Below, in pieces: positions 28,207 to 40,813 of a stretch of DNA of 50,626 nt; position 1 is the stretch's first letter, and each line of letters opens with the position of its first letter. Position numbers and translations under genes: made by a program. The DNA is taken from the NCBI GenBank assembly GCA_021789865.1, contig JAJYIX010000002.1, positions 1 to 50,626 on the forward strand, read 5' to 3'. Source of the stretch: a bacterium (lineage in GTDB: Bacteria > Patescibacteriota > Microgenomatia > UBA1406 > GWC2-37-13). A model generated the notes under the pieces. That model was not told the DNA's origin. It did no database searches and saw nothing but the letters and a program-made list of their open reading frames with translations.

Positions 28207-28214
28207 GTAAAAAA

Positions 28215-30719
<2,505 letters not shown>

Positions 30720-30720
30720 A

Positions 30721-30942
30721 ATGTATCGTATGTACTACCGGCCGGGGTTTTTTACATTTATGCCTTTTCTGCAAATCATCGTTCTGATTTTGATTCTCGA
30801 AGTAATTTTGAAAGGTGTCGCGCTTTATCGAGCCGCCCGCAGTGGTCATAAAGGTTGGTTTATTTTCATCTTGGTCCTTAACACCTTGGGGATCCTTCCA
30901 ATCATTTACTTGCTTACCCATAGGGTAAAAAGACAAAAGTGA
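30721..30942 (+). CDS. DUF5652-like small membrane protein
   Basis: LKGVALYRAAR...WFIFILVLNTLGILPIIYL. Confidence 0.75.
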   Translation: MYRMYYRPGFFTFMPFLQIIVLILILEVILKGVALYRAARSGHKGWFIFILVLNTLGILPIIYLLTHRVKRQK

Positions 30943-30973
30943 CTTAATCTGCTATATAATAGGTATTAGTATC

Positions 30974-32635
30974 ATGGTTGTCTTATTAATTTATTCATTT
31001 ATCGCCGGCTTCATCACGATTTTTGCGCCGTGCATCTGGCCGCTTTTACCCATCATTCTTTCATCATCGGCTACCGGTAAAAAAAGTAAGCCTTTAGGGA
31101 TTACTTTGGGAATCGTCTTCAGTTTCGCTTTTTTCACTCTTTCCATATCTTATTTGGTCAAGTTATTTTCATTCGACTCCAACGATCTTCGTCTGCTGGC
31201 GGTCGTCGTCATCGGATTTTTCGGTTTGACGATGATCGTCCCTTCCCTTAGCCAAACTGTCGAAGGATTAATCAGTAAAATCGGAACAAAATATAAATTT
31301 TCGGGGAAAAAATTCGGGGACGGCTTTTTTGGAGGCCTATTGACCGGTCTGTCGCTCGGAATAGTATGGTCGCCGTGTGCCGGACCGATACTGGCGACGG
31401 TCGCATCGGCGGCCGCGACTTTGTCGGTCAATGCCGGCGTGGTAACCGTAATAACATTTTATGTCGTCGGTGCCGGAATCCCCCTTTTCATATTTTCTTT
31501 TTTCGGAAATCACATTTTCAGCAAATCAAAATTTATAAACAAACATACCTTGTCAATACAACGGATTTTCGGGATTATCATGATTTTGACGGCCATACTC
31601 ATTTTTACCGGCAACGATAAATCCATTGAAGCCGACTTACTCAACTTTTTTCCCTCCTATTCAAATCTTCTGACCAAAATCGAATCAAATCGGACCGTCC
31701 TTGATGAATTGCATTATTTAAAAAACGGCCGGTTGCCGGATTTGGGACCGGCACCAGAATTGGTTGGAATCAGTCATTGGCTAAACACCGACAACCGACC
31801 TTTGACGATGAAAACCTTGAAAGGCAAAGTGGTTTTGGTCGATTTTTGGACCTATACCTGTATCAACTGTATCCGGACCCTTCCTCATTTGACTGCTTGG
31901 TACAAAAAATATCATGACATGGGTTTTGTTATCGTCGGAGTACATACCCCTGAATTCGCGTTTGAAAAAAACACCGCTAACGTCCGGCACGCGATAAAAA
32001 GATTTGGGATCACGTATCCGGTCGCCCAGGACAACGGTTATATGACATGGAACGCCTATAACAACGAGTACTGGCCGGCCGAATATTTAATTGATGCCAA
32101 AGGCAATATCCGTCATACCAATTTTGGCGAAGGCGACTACGGCACAACCGAAAAATATATTCAGGAACTTTTGGCGGAAACGGGAAAAAACACCAACATG
32201 CCACTATCCAATATAAAAGACGAAACTCCCAAAGGGGCGATCACTCCGGAGACTTACGTCGGATTAAACCGAATGGATCGGAACGCCAACGGCCAGGTCG
32301 CCGGTGGCGTTCAGAATTTTTCATCACCCGGAGGACTTCCCCCCGATTCTTTCGCTTTTAAAGGGCGATGGAATATTCGCGGACAGTACGCTGAAACGGT
32401 CAAAAATTCGGAGTTAACATTCAATTTCCGGGCTAAACACGTATACCTGGTCATCCACCCGGGGAAAATCGGCGACAAAGTGGCGGTTTATCTGGATAAC
32501 AGGCTGATTAAAGAAATCATTCTCGACTCCGACAGGCTTTACGATATCGTCGATTTGCCCGGCAAGGAAAATCATATCCTTAATCTCAAATTCGAGAATT
32601 CCGGCATCGAATGTTTTGCGTTTACATTTGGTTAG
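30974..32635 (+). CDS. dipZ: DipZ-like CcdA/DsbD + thioredoxin fusion
   Basis: APCIWPLLP, WSPCAGPIL, DFWTYTCINC, VHTPEF, TPETY. Confidence 0.88.
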   Translation: MVVLLIYSFIAGFITIFAPCIWPLLPIILSSSATGKKSKPLGITLGIVFSFAFFTLSISYLVKLFSFDSNDLRLLAVVVIGFFGLTMIVPSLSQTVEGLISKIGTKYKFSGKKFGDGFFGGLLTGLSLGIVWSPCAGPILATVASAAATLSVNAGVVTVITFYVVGAGIPLFIFSFFGNHIFSKSKFINKHTLSIQRIFGIIMILTAILIFTGNDKSIEADLLNFFPSYSNLLTKIESNRTVLDELHYLKNGRLPDLGPAPELVGISHWLNTDNRPLTMKTLKGKVVLVDFWTYTCINCIRTLPHLTAWYKKYHDMGFVIVGVHTPEFAFEKNTANVRHAIKRFGITYPVAQDNGYMTWNAYNNEYWPAEYLIDAKGNIRHTNFGEGDYGTTEKYIQELLAETGKNTNMPLSNIKDETPKGAITPETYVGLNRMDRNANGQVAGGVQNFSSPGGLPPDSFAFKGRWNIRGQYAETVKNSELTFNFRAKHVYLVIHPGKIGDKVAVYLDNRLIKEIILDSDRLYDIVDLPGKENHILNLKFENSGIECFAFTFG

Positions 32636-32770
32636 TGGTATAATATTGATGGTTTGATTTGGTTGAAAGAATGATGCGCTTTATTTCGGTTTGCTGCCTA
32701 ATCTTCAACGACTTCAAATAAACTCTAATTTATACTAAGACAAAAAAATGAAAGGGGGTGAATTACATTA

Positions 32771-33079
32771 ATGGATAAAAAGAAACTTTATGTTGGTAAT
32801 CTTCCGTGGAGCATCAACAATGATTCTTTGAAAGAGCTATTCGCTTCTTTTGGAGATATCACCGAAGCTATCGTCATCTCTGACAAATACACCGGCCGAT
32901 CAAAAGGCTTTGGTTTTGTCACTTTTGCTGATGAGGCCGCCGCTGAAAAAGCTGTTGCCGAAATGTCAGGAAAAGATGTCGAAGGAAGAAAAATCGTCGT
33001 CAACGTCGCCAGACCTCGTGAGGAAAGGCCGAATCGTGGTGGCGGTTTTCGAAGAGATTTTAATAAAAGAGAATTCTAA
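32771..33079 (+). CDS. RRM-domain RNA-binding protein
   Basis: RNP2 LYVGNL, RNP1 KGFGFVTF; SD AAAGGGGGTG. Confidence 0.95.
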   Translation: MDKKKLYVGNLPWSINNDSLKELFASFGDITEAIVISDKYTGRSKGFGFVTFADEAAAEKAVAEMSGKDVEGRKIVVNVARPREERPNRGGGFRRDFNKREF

Positions 33080-33081
33080 CC

Positions 33082-33145
33082 AAAAAACACTATCTGTGAA
33101 AACAAGATTTTCTAAGTTTTGTTACGTAGCGGATAGTGTTTTTTT
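33082..33145 (+). terminator. Intrinsic terminator after the RRM gene
   Basis: AAAAAACACTATCTG...CGGATAGTGTTTTTTT. Confidence 0.75.
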
Positions 33146-33164
33146 ATTGTTATAATTTTCTTCT

Positions 33165-33821
33165 ATGAAAGCTTTGTTTGGATTCTTTTTGCTCTTGGGG
33201 GTTTTGGCCGCTCTGGGATTTTTCATTTTATCAAAGTCAAGCCCGCCATCAGTCATTCCGGTAAAAACACAAACCGGTCAATTGCCAACCGAATCTTTCT
33301 CTATCGCCAATCCTCCGACAGAGTCGCTTAAAGGATTGGTTTCCGGCATGAAAGGAACGATTATGTGGGAATCCCGGGTCGCAACTGCGCCAGCTACAAT
33401 CTCGACTTTGAAAGAGGTGTCCCAAGGAGAACTGTTGAATACCGGCAAAAATGGTGCGATCTCGCTCGTCTTTTCCAACCTCGCGGCCATCGAAGAAAAA
33501 AGTAATTCGTCCTTGTCCATAGTCCAGACCTTACCCAGCAATCTGGTCTTTTCCCAGTCCAAAGGGGACATTGTTTATGAAAAAAACGGCGACTCGCCTT
33601 TGTCCGTCCGGGTTGCCGACGGAGTCCTTCTTGTCGAAAATGGACGTTTTGAAGTCGCCGTCGACGAAAAAAAGGACCAAGTGACAATAGATGCGCTGCA
33701 GGGCAGCGCAAAATTCGGATTCGAAGACGAAAATAATGTCAGTCAGGTATTCGATATCAAGGCTGGTAAAAAATTCCTTTTTGACGGTCCGTCAAAAACT
33801 GGAGACTTTATAGGTGGATAG
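33165..33821 (+). CDS. Membrane-anchored FecR-like beta-domain protein
   Basis: N-terminal TM; QGELLNTGKNG, GRFEV, ALQGSA patterns. Confidence 0.55.
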   Translation: MKALFGFFLLLGVLAALGFFILSKSSPPSVIPVKTQTGQLPTESFSIANPPTESLKGLVSGMKGTIMWESRVATAPATISTLKEVSQGELLNTGKNGAISLVFSNLAAIEEKSNSSLSIVQTLPSNLVFSQSKGDIVYEKNGDSPLSVRVADGVLLVENGRFEVAVDEKKDQVTIDALQGSAKFGFEDENNVSQVFDIKAGKKFLFDGPSKTGDFIGG

Positions 33822-34958
33822 CGGAGAGAGGGTGTCCGATCCTTCATACCCCAAAGCCCAAAGGGCTGCACCACCGAGATGGTACTGGGTGGCTAGTTTT
33901 ATTTTGGCGGATACGGAATTTTTGTCGGCATAAAAAATCTGGGTGTAGGTACCGGTGTCTTGATTCTTGTATATCACATAAGGTTCTTCGCCGAAGCTAT
34001 CTAGACTGGCGCTGCAGCTGGCACAATTTTTCAATAACTCCTCGACTCTGCCGGCACTCGCGACAAAACCTGTCCCCGGAATGATGGCCGAACGAGGGGT
34101 ATCGCCCAAAGTCTCCCATTGATAACCGTAGAGCGGTATTCCCAGTATTATTTTTGAAGCTGGTATTATTTTCAGCGCTTCTTTGACGGCGGTCTCACTA
34201 TCGTATTCTGCTTCGACTCCACCGCCCCTGTTTTGTCCGACCGGTCCCGTCACCGAAGATCCCGGGTAATGAAAATCATAAGTCATGAGAACCAAATTGT
34301 CGATAAAGGGTGAAATTTCTTTGACGTTGATCAAATATTTTTCAATGAGAACTATCGGCGAGACGTCGACCGTCAAAGTGCCAAGATTTTCGGCATCAAG
34401 ACCGCTTTTGACGGTTTTTATAAATGTCGTAAAATTTTCCCTGGCCGAATCGGAAGCGGGAATGACGCTTTCAACGTCGACATTCAAATCGGTAAATCCG
34501 TAACGTTTCATTAAAGGCGTCACCGCATCCATAAGATTATTCGCGTTCGTGACCGGATTGTCCAACAATTGATCTATCGTCGATTCGTTTCCGGAAAAAA
34601 CTGTCAAAGACAATGTTTGGCCGTCGGACTTGGCATTGCGAAAAAATTTGTCCATCGCGCCTGAATTTAGGGCATTCCATCCGGGATCCTCTTCCTGGGG
34701 ATTGGTGAGTTTTTTAACTGTCCCGTCGGAATCTATTGTTAAACTGAAATAACTCAAAGTGGTAATATATTTTCCATAATCCGAGTTGGCCCGGTCTTTA
34801 AGCCAATAAGGCAGAAAACCGATTATTTCCCGTTTTTTTATTCCCAAAGGACTTAGAATCTCTTGGGTTAAACGATTGTCGGGGAGATTCTTCAAAAGAA
34901 AATACCCTCCAAAAAAACCAATTATAAAAGCGACTACGGCGACGATTATTTTTTTCAC
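33792..34958 (-). CDS. Glycoside hydrolase family 18 protein, membrane-anchored
   Basis: GFTDLNVDVE, LMTYDFH, KIILGIPLYGYQW, LGGAALWALGYE. Confidence 0.85.
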   Translation of the reverse strand: MKKIIVAVVAFIIGFFGGYFLLKNLPDNRLTQEILSPLGIKKREIIGFLPYWLKDRANSDYGKYITTLSYFSLTIDSDGTVKKLTNPQEEDPGWNALNSGAMDKFFRNAKSDGQTLSLTVFSGNESTIDQLLDNPVTNANNLMDAVTPLMKRYGFTDLNVDVESVIPASDSARENFTTFIKTVKSGLDAENLGTLTVDVSPIVLIEKYLINVKEISPFIDNLVLMTYDFHYPGSSVTGPVGQNRGGGVEAEYDSETAVKEALKIIPASKIILGIPLYGYQWETLGDTPRSAIIPGTGFVASAGRVEELLKNCASCSASLDSFGEEPYVIYKNQDTGTYTQIFYADKNSVSAKIKLATQYHLGGAALWALGYEGSDTLSPLSTYKVSSF

Positions 34959-34985
34959 GGTGTCAATATTTTACCAGTTTTACCT

Positions 34986-35369
34986 TCACAAAAAATCGGT
35001 TCGGTCGGCTTCGGCATCGGACTTGGTCTTGTGGACGACGCCGTCACGATGGTGTGGGGGCGAATATATGGTATAAAGCTTCATCGGTTTGTCCGCCGAA
35101 GTATTGACGACGTTATGGTTGGTTCCGGCCGGTATTAAAAAAGCGCTACCGTCTTTTATGGACGACTCTTCATCATTCATGATGACTTTTCCCTCTCCAG
35201 ATTCTACTCTGATAAACTGATCGGTGACCGTATGGACTTCCATACCGATTTCTTCGCCCGGATTCAAATGCATTAAGACAATCTGAGCGTGTTGGCCGGT
35301 ATAGATAACTTGGCGGAAATTGATATTTTTTTGAGTCGCTTCCTCGATGTTGGTTAAGAATCCTGTCAT
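34986..35369 (-). CDS. Cupin domain protein
   Basis: EEIGMEVH..DQFIRVESG, IPAGTNHNV, KLYTIYSPPHH. Confidence 0.9.
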   Translation of the reverse strand: MTGFLTNIEEATQKNINFRQVIYTGQHAQIVLMHLNPGEEIGMEVHTVTDQFIRVESGEGKVIMNDEESSIKDGSAFLIPAGTNHNVVNTSADKPMKLYTIYSPPHHRDGVVHKTKSDAEADRTDFL

Positions 35370-35504
35370 AGTATTTATTTTAAATTTTAATAATTCATTC
35401 TTTCAAAGTATGACGCCAACTTCAAGTCTTACTTTAAAGATACGAGTTCCCCGGAACTCTCTTTTTATGAAGACTGTCTTTTTTTCCGATGATATAATTT
35501 ATTG

Positions 35505-36692
35505 ATGAAATTAATTTTTTTGACCGCTCCAGCCTATGGCCATATCAATCCGATGCTTGGCATTGCCAAACTTTTGGTCGAAGACGGCCATGAAGTAATT
35601 TTTTACAACACCAAAGAGTTCTCCAAAAAAATAAAGGATATCGGGGCAGAGTTTTATCCACCGCCTTCGTTTATCAAAGACGTCGATTTTCGGGTTTTGA
35701 GTTCCGCGATGAAAATGGCCGAGCTCAGTTTAGATGGAACAGAAGCGGTCATCCCCTATCTGGAAATCGCCATCAGGAAGGAAAAACCGGATTGTATAAT
35801 CCACGATTCTTTTTCCCTTTGGGGAAAAATTGTCGCCGCCAAAAACAAGATTCCGGCCATTTCTCTAGTTCCGAGTATGGCAATAAATATTCCCGTTATC
35901 ACTTTTTTTGCCCGTTATCTGGTCCGCGATTACATTCTCATGGTCAAAGAACCTTATCGGATGAAAAACATTTTCGATAGATTCAATTCTTTATACAAGA
36001 AAAACGGTCTTGCAGAAATTCCATTCCTTTTCGACATTTTTTCAAATAAGGAAGATCTCAATATTGTTTTTACCTCAAGTTATCTCCAGCCGGCCAGACG
36101 GACTTTTGATAAAAGTTTCCGTTTTATCGGTCCGGTCATCTACGATAGGAAAGAGGGCAGCTTCAGCTACAAAAGAAGTTCTAAAAAGCCACTGATTTAT
36201 ATATCTTTGGGGACCATTTTCAACGACAAAACGAGTTTCTACGAAAAAATGATCGGAATATTTGGAAATAAGCAATACGACGTATTCATGTCCATCGGTA
36301 AAAATTTAAACATCAAGGCTCTTGGCAAAATTCCCGACAATATCAAAATCAAGGACCACTTGCCACAGATAGAAGTCCTGAAAAAAGCCGATCTTTTCAT
36401 AAGTCACGGTGGCATGAATAGCGTCAATGAAAGCATGTACTTCGGAGTGCCTATGATTTTCTATCCGCAGATCCAGGAACAGAGAATAAATTCCAGGCGG
36501 ATCGAACAACTGGAAGCCGGAATTTACTATAAGGAAAAAGCGGTCGATACTAAAAGGTTTGTGGAGATCGTCGATCAGGTTCTGAAAAATAAGAAATACA
36601 AAAAAAACGCTAAAAAAATAGGTGAATCTCTGAAAAAAGCCGGCGGAGCGAAGAAAGCCAAAAAATTAATTTGCGATTACCTAAACTCATAG
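35505..36692 (+). CDS. MGT/macrolide family glycosyltransferase (GT1)
   Basis: GHINP, YISLGT, PQIEVL...FISHGGMNSVNE...EQ. Confidence 0.88.
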   Translation: MKLIFLTAPAYGHINPMLGIAKLLVEDGHEVIFYNTKEFSKKIKDIGAEFYPPPSFIKDVDFRVLSSAMKMAELSLDGTEAVIPYLEIAIRKEKPDCIIHDSFSLWGKIVAAKNKIPAISLVPSMAINIPVITFFARYLVRDYILMVKEPYRMKNIFDRFNSLYKKNGLAEIPFLFDIFSNKEDLNIVFTSSYLQPARRTFDKSFRFIGPVIYDRKEGSFSYKRSSKKPLIYISLGTIFNDKTSFYEKMIGIFGNKQYDVFMSIGKNLNIKALGKIPDNIKIKDHLPQIEVLKKADLFISHGGMNSVNESMYFGVPMIFYPQIQEQRINSRRIEQLEAGIYYKEKAVDTKRFVEIVDQVLKNKKYKKNAKKIGESLKKAGGAKKAKKLICDYLNS

Positions 36693-36705
36693 ATATTTTT
36701 GACCC

Positions 36706-37287
36706 ATGATTAATCCGAATTTTGTTTTTGTCGGCGTCATAATCAACATCGTGGGGATCTCCAGTTATTTTATCGATACTCTAAAGGGGAAAATTCAACC
36801 GAATAAAGTCAGTTGGTTTCTTTGGATGCTGGCGCCGATGATCGCTTTTTTTGCCGAAGTCAAACAGGGCGTCGGAATCGAATCGTTGGCGACATTTGTC
36901 GTTGGATTTATGCCTCTTTTGGTTATCGCTGCTTCGTTTACGAACAGAAAAGCTTACTGGAAAATCCGGGTTTTCGACTTACTATGCGGAGCCCTATCGG
37001 TAACAGGATTAATTTTGTGGATGATCACTAAAGCCGGTGATATCGCGATCGCATTCAGCATTATCGCCGACGGGCTTGCGTCGGTACCGACGATTGTCAA
37101 GTCATACAGTCATCCCGAATCAGAAAGCGACGCGGCTTTTTCCGTGCAGATAATAAATTCCGGTATCGCTCTTTTGGTAATTAGAACCTGGGACTTCGCC
37201 CATTGGGGCTTCCCGGCTTATCTGCTTATAAACGGCATTATTCTTGTTGCTCTAATCAGATTTAAAATTGGTAAAATTATAAAATGA
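36706..37287 (+). CDS. Integral membrane hypothetical protein
   Basis: Multiple TM segments; PNKVSWFLW, PTIVKSYSHPESE. Confidence 0.75.
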   Translation: MINPNFVFVGVIINIVGISSYFIDTLKGKIQPNKVSWFLWMLAPMIAFFAEVKQGVGIESLATFVVGFMPLLVIAASFTNRKAYWKIRVFDLLCGALSVTGLILWMITKAGDIAIAFSIIADGLASVPTIVKSYSHPESESDAAFSVQIINSGIALLVIRTWDFAHWGFPAYLLINGIILVALIRFKIGKIIK

Positions 37288-37934
37288 ATAAATTTACGCT
37301 CTCAATAATCGCGGTATGTCTGGTATTATTAGTTGGCGCTTATTTTATTTTTTCCAACCAAAACGGCGGCCAGTCGTCGCCCAATATCAATATGCCTCAA
37401 CCAAAACCAACCGAATCGTCTGGCAAATTACCTTTCCCGATCGTTGATAAAACAAAAAATTATCAAGCGGTCGTAACAACCTCGCTCGGAGACATCACCA
37501 TAAGATTAAACGTCAAAGACACTCCCGTCACCGTGAGCAACTTTATTTATCTTGCCAAAAAAGGATTTTACGATAATACCATTTTTCATCGGGTCATCAA
37601 GGGCTTTATGATCCAAGGCGGTGATCCGAAAGGCGATGGGACCGGAGGTCCGGGATATCGTTTTGCCGATGAACCCTTTACAGGAGATTACACCCGAGGA
37701 ACGGTAGCGATGGCCAATGCCGGACCCGATACCAATGGTAGTCAGTTTTTTATCATGCAGGCGGACAATCTTCAAATGCCAAAAAATTATGTCATTTTCG
37801 GTAAAGTCGTTGCCGGCATGGATACCGTTGATAAAATAGCTGACGCACCAGTAAAGGCAAATCCCGATACCGGAGAGGTATCGACTCCGGTCACCCCGGT
37901 TACAGTGAAAAAAGTAATAATCGAAGAAAAATAG
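37284..37934 (+). CDS. Cyclophilin-type peptidyl-prolyl isomerase, membrane-anchored
   Basis: FHRVIKGFMIQGGDP, AMANAGPDTNGSQFFI. Confidence 0.95.
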   Translation: MNKFTLSIIAVCLVLLVGAYFIFSNQNGGQSSPNINMPQPKPTESSGKLPFPIVDKTKNYQAVVTTSLGDITIRLNVKDTPVTVSNFIYLAKKGFYDNTIFHRVIKGFMIQGGDPKGDGTGGPGYRFADEPFTGDYTRGTVAMANAGPDTNGSQFFIMQADNLQMPKNYVIFGKVVAGMDTVDKIADAPVKANPDTGEVSTPVTPVTVKKVIIEEK

Positions 37935-38050
37935 CTCTTTTGATCTTCTTACCAATTTCTTACCGGTATTACTCTTGTCTTTTAATATAATTTCGATACA
38001 ATGAGTTCTGTTTCACATACTATTACTTTTGTTGAGTAAGTTTATAAAAT

Positions 38051-38380
38051 ATGAATACCGTACTTACTCGGGAGTCCCCCGAAAATCGTTTGAGAGTTGC
38101 CGACTTGTACATCGACAATGTCACTAAGGAAGTTAAGCGTGGCAATAAAGGCATCACTCTCACTCCAAAAGAATTCGAACTGCTGTTTTTTTTGATGGAG
38201 AATGCCGGTCGTGTCCTACCCCGAGAGCTCATTCTTGACAAGATTTGGCACTATACGCCCGAAATGGAATCGCGGGTCGTCGACGTCTACATCGGTTATC
38301 TGCGTCAAAAAATCGACGTCGGTTTCAGAAAAAAACTGATTCGCTCCATCAGAGGTTTCGGCTACACAATAAAAAAATAA
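38051..38380 (+). CDS. Stand-alone OmpR/PhoB-type winged-helix DNA-binding domain
   Basis: LTPKEFELL...VVDVYIGYLRQKID...IRGFGY; no receiver domain. Confidence 0.85.
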   Translation: MNTVLTRESPENRLRVADLYIDNVTKEVKRGNKGITLTPKEFELLFFLMENAGRVLPRELILDKIWHYTPEMESRVVDVYIGYLRQKIDVGFRKKLIRSIRGFGYTIKK

Positions 38381-38444
38381 TCTGAATTTTCATCTATTTT
38401 TCATTTTTCTTTAATATCATTATCCAAGAAAGAAGGTGAAAAAA

Positions 38445-38726
38445 ATGAAAAAAATAGTTTTGCCATTTATATTCATCGGTTTGATCATGCTCGCGCCGTC
38501 GGTATTTGCCCAAAACCGTCAGTCCCAAGACTTTGTCATTGACGGAAAAATTTCCAACGCCAGTGACAATAGTTTCATCATCATGGGCGACGTCATCGGA
38601 GTCCCCAATCGATTGGCTGATAAATTGAAAGGTACCGGGATTATCTCTTCGGGTCGAGAAGTCAAAGTCGTCGGTGAAATCGAAAACGGTATAGAAATTG
38701 CTAGAAAAATTGTTGCCGTTGATTAA
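38445..38726 (+). CDS. Small secreted protein, DUF5666-like
   Basis: Signal peptide ending VFA; GREVKVVG...ARKI. Confidence 0.55.
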   Translation: MKKIVLPFIFIGLIMLAPSVFAQNRQSQDFVIDGKISNASDNSFIIMGDVIGVPNRLADKLKGTGIISSGREVKVVGEIENGIEIARKIVAVD

Positions 38727-40162
38727 AAATTGTTCCAGAGCATTTGGTTATATACTTCGTGATGATATAGGACTTCGCCGTTTTTGACTTTTGTTCCAAG
38801 TGATACGGGACTTCTGTCGGCGGCATTTTGTTTGAGTTCGACGAATTTTTTCTTGAGGTCCTCGCCGAACATTTTCGAAATCAAATCGCTCTGTTTGAAT
38901 TGAGTTATCGCCGTTTGAATATCACCAGGCAGATAACTCACTCTCGGGCGTTTATTTTTAGCGTCTTTTTTTGTCGGTCCTTCAAGCCCGACTTTAATTA
39001 AGGTTAACATCGTCAAATAAGGATTGGCGTCCGGACCAACGCTTCGAACTTCGATTCTGGCCGACTTTTCGGAAAATAACGGCACCCTGATCATACTGCC
39101 TCGATCGGTTTCTGATACTTTAATTTCATTTGGGGCTTCGAAGTGAGGGTCGAGTCGCCTGTAGGCGTTGACGCTGCTATTTAAAATCAAACATATGGCG
39201 TTGGCGCTTTCCAGTATCCTTCCCACCATATCCCAAGCTAACTTGGAAAGTTTACCACGACCACCTTTATCATAAAAAATATTTTTTCCACCTTTGTAAA
39301 TCGACAAGTTTGTATGCATGCCGCTGCCGTTTATCCCCATGATGGGTTTCGGCAAAAAAGTCGCCGTCATCCCCATATTGGCGGCTATTTGCCGGGCGAC
39401 CAGTTTATAAATCTGAATTTGATCGGCGGCATTGACGACTTCCGAGTACGAATAATTTAATTCGAACTGCGACGGGGCAACCTCCGGGTGATCTTTTTCA
39501 TTCTCAAAACCCATCGCCCGCTGAGCTTCGGCCGTCCGGTCGATAAAAAGCTTTAGAGAATCATTTGGAAGAGAATGGTAGTATCCTCCATATGATGGAA
39601 TCTGGAATCCGACCGTTTCGTTAAAATTTTGCTCGGCGTCGTCACCTTTTATAAGAAAACCTTCGACTTCGTTGGCGGCATAAACGGTGTAGCCTTTTTC
39701 TTTTTTTAATTTTTTTGTGTACGATTTGAGGAGTCCCCGAGTATCCATTTCATAAAAACCGCCGTCCTGCGACAAGATCTCACCCATCATCAAGACTTTT
39801 CCTGGTCCGAAAACATCCGAAGGGAGCCACCAAAAAGCGCTCCAGTCGACTTTGAGTCGAAGGTCGGACTCGGCTTGCCTGGAAAAACCTCGGATGGACG
39901 AGCCGTCAAAAGTTAGATTGTCGAAGTTCGAAAGAAAAAATTTCTTATCGTAATCGAGCATGTGAAAGCGTCCCTCAAGGTCTGAAAATCCTATTGTGAC
40001 CGCTTTGAGAAGTTTTTCCTTTTCCAAATAGTCAAGGTAATATTTTTTGAGTACTTCCTCCGACGCGCCATTGGTGCGTTTTTTTTTGGAAGCGAGGTTA
40101 AGTCGTTCCAGCTCGTCATATGGAATTTCTAAAAAGTTACGGAGTTTAGGATTAATATCCAT
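38723..40162 (-). CDS. glnA: Glutamine synthetase type I
   Basis: FDGSSIRGF, HPEVAPSQFE, ATFLPKP..GINGSGMHTN, RIEVRS...ANPYL. Confidence 0.92.
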   Translation of the reverse strand: MDINPKLRNFLEIPYDELERLNLASKKKRTNGASEEVLKKYYLDYLEKEKLLKAVTIGFSDLEGRFHMLDYDKKFFLSNFDNLTFDGSSIRGFSRQAESDLRLKVDWSAFWWLPSDVFGPGKVLMMGEILSQDGGFYEMDTRGLLKSYTKKLKKEKGYTVYAANEVEGFLIKGDDAEQNFNETVGFQIPSYGGYYHSLPNDSLKLFIDRTAEAQRAMGFENEKDHPEVAPSQFELNYSYSEVVNAADQIQIYKLVARQIAANMGMTATFLPKPIMGINGSGMHTNLSIYKGGKNIFYDKGGRGKLSKLAWDMVGRILESANAICLILNSSVNAYRRLDPHFEAPNEIKVSETDRGSMIRVPLFSEKSARIEVRSVGPDANPYLTMLTLIKVGLEGPTKKDAKNKRPRVSYLPGDIQTAITQFKQSDLISKMFGEDLKKKFVELKQNAADRSPVSLGTKVKNGEVLYHHEVYNQMLWNNF

Positions 40163-40241
40163 ATTTTTATATTAAAATTTATATATTTAAACTTAAAATA
40201 TCGATTTAATCGTAGTTTAAGAAGAGACAATTGTCAATACC

Positions 40242-40284
40242 AAAAAAATACACCGCTTCGGTGCAAAGACATCAAAGCGGTGTA
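40242..40284 (-). terminator. Intrinsic terminator of the ABC exporter operon
   Basis: Minus strand TACACCGCTTtgatg...caccgAAGCGGTGTA followed by T7. Confidence 0.8.
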
Positions 40285-40292
40285 GTGGATTT

Positions 40293-40745
40293 TTATTGAT
40301 TGACTCTTATCACTCTCGGGTTGATTTGGACATTCTGAGCTGTCACGGACCCGTCGGAATTATCGGTTCCGAAAACGGCAACTGTCGTCCCGACCGTCAA
40401 TGCACTCTGATCGACTTTTTCGGCCTTATTGATGGCGGTTTTATCCGACAATATAATTATTTTGCTCGAACCATCGGCTAGCTGAACGGTAATCGAGTTT
40501 TTGTCAGCAGAAATTATTTTTCCCGATACTGGTCTAAAACCTTGTCTTGCTCCAGACGCTCCGGCAGCAGGGCCTCCTCCAGGGTATTGCCGCAGTCCTC
40601 CACCTTGGCCAACTCCAAACTGGGCAAATCTCGCCTGACGTTGTGATTGGCTTATGTATTGACCACCAAAATACCCGGCAAGAGCGCCGACAACGAGACT
40701 GACGATGATAGCTATTATGATGTTGCTGTTACCTTTATCTTTCAT
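40293..40745 (-). CDS. Membrane-anchored DUF5666-like protein
   Basis: N-terminal TM, Gly-rich linker, GKIISAD..ITVQL.DGSSKII...DGSVTAQNVQI. Confidence 0.7.
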   Translation of the reverse strand: MKDKGNSNIIIAIIVSLVVGALAGYFGGQYISQSQRQARFAQFGVGQGGGLRQYPGGGPAAGASGARQGFRPVSGKIISADKNSITVQLADGSSKIIILSDKTAINKAEKVDQSALTVGTTVAVFGTDNSDGSVTAQNVQINPRVIRVNQ

Positions 40746-40813
40746 TTAAATCACCACCTCTCTAAAAAATTCTAAATTAAAAATAATTTTAAATTCAGAG
40801 TTTGGACCTATTC

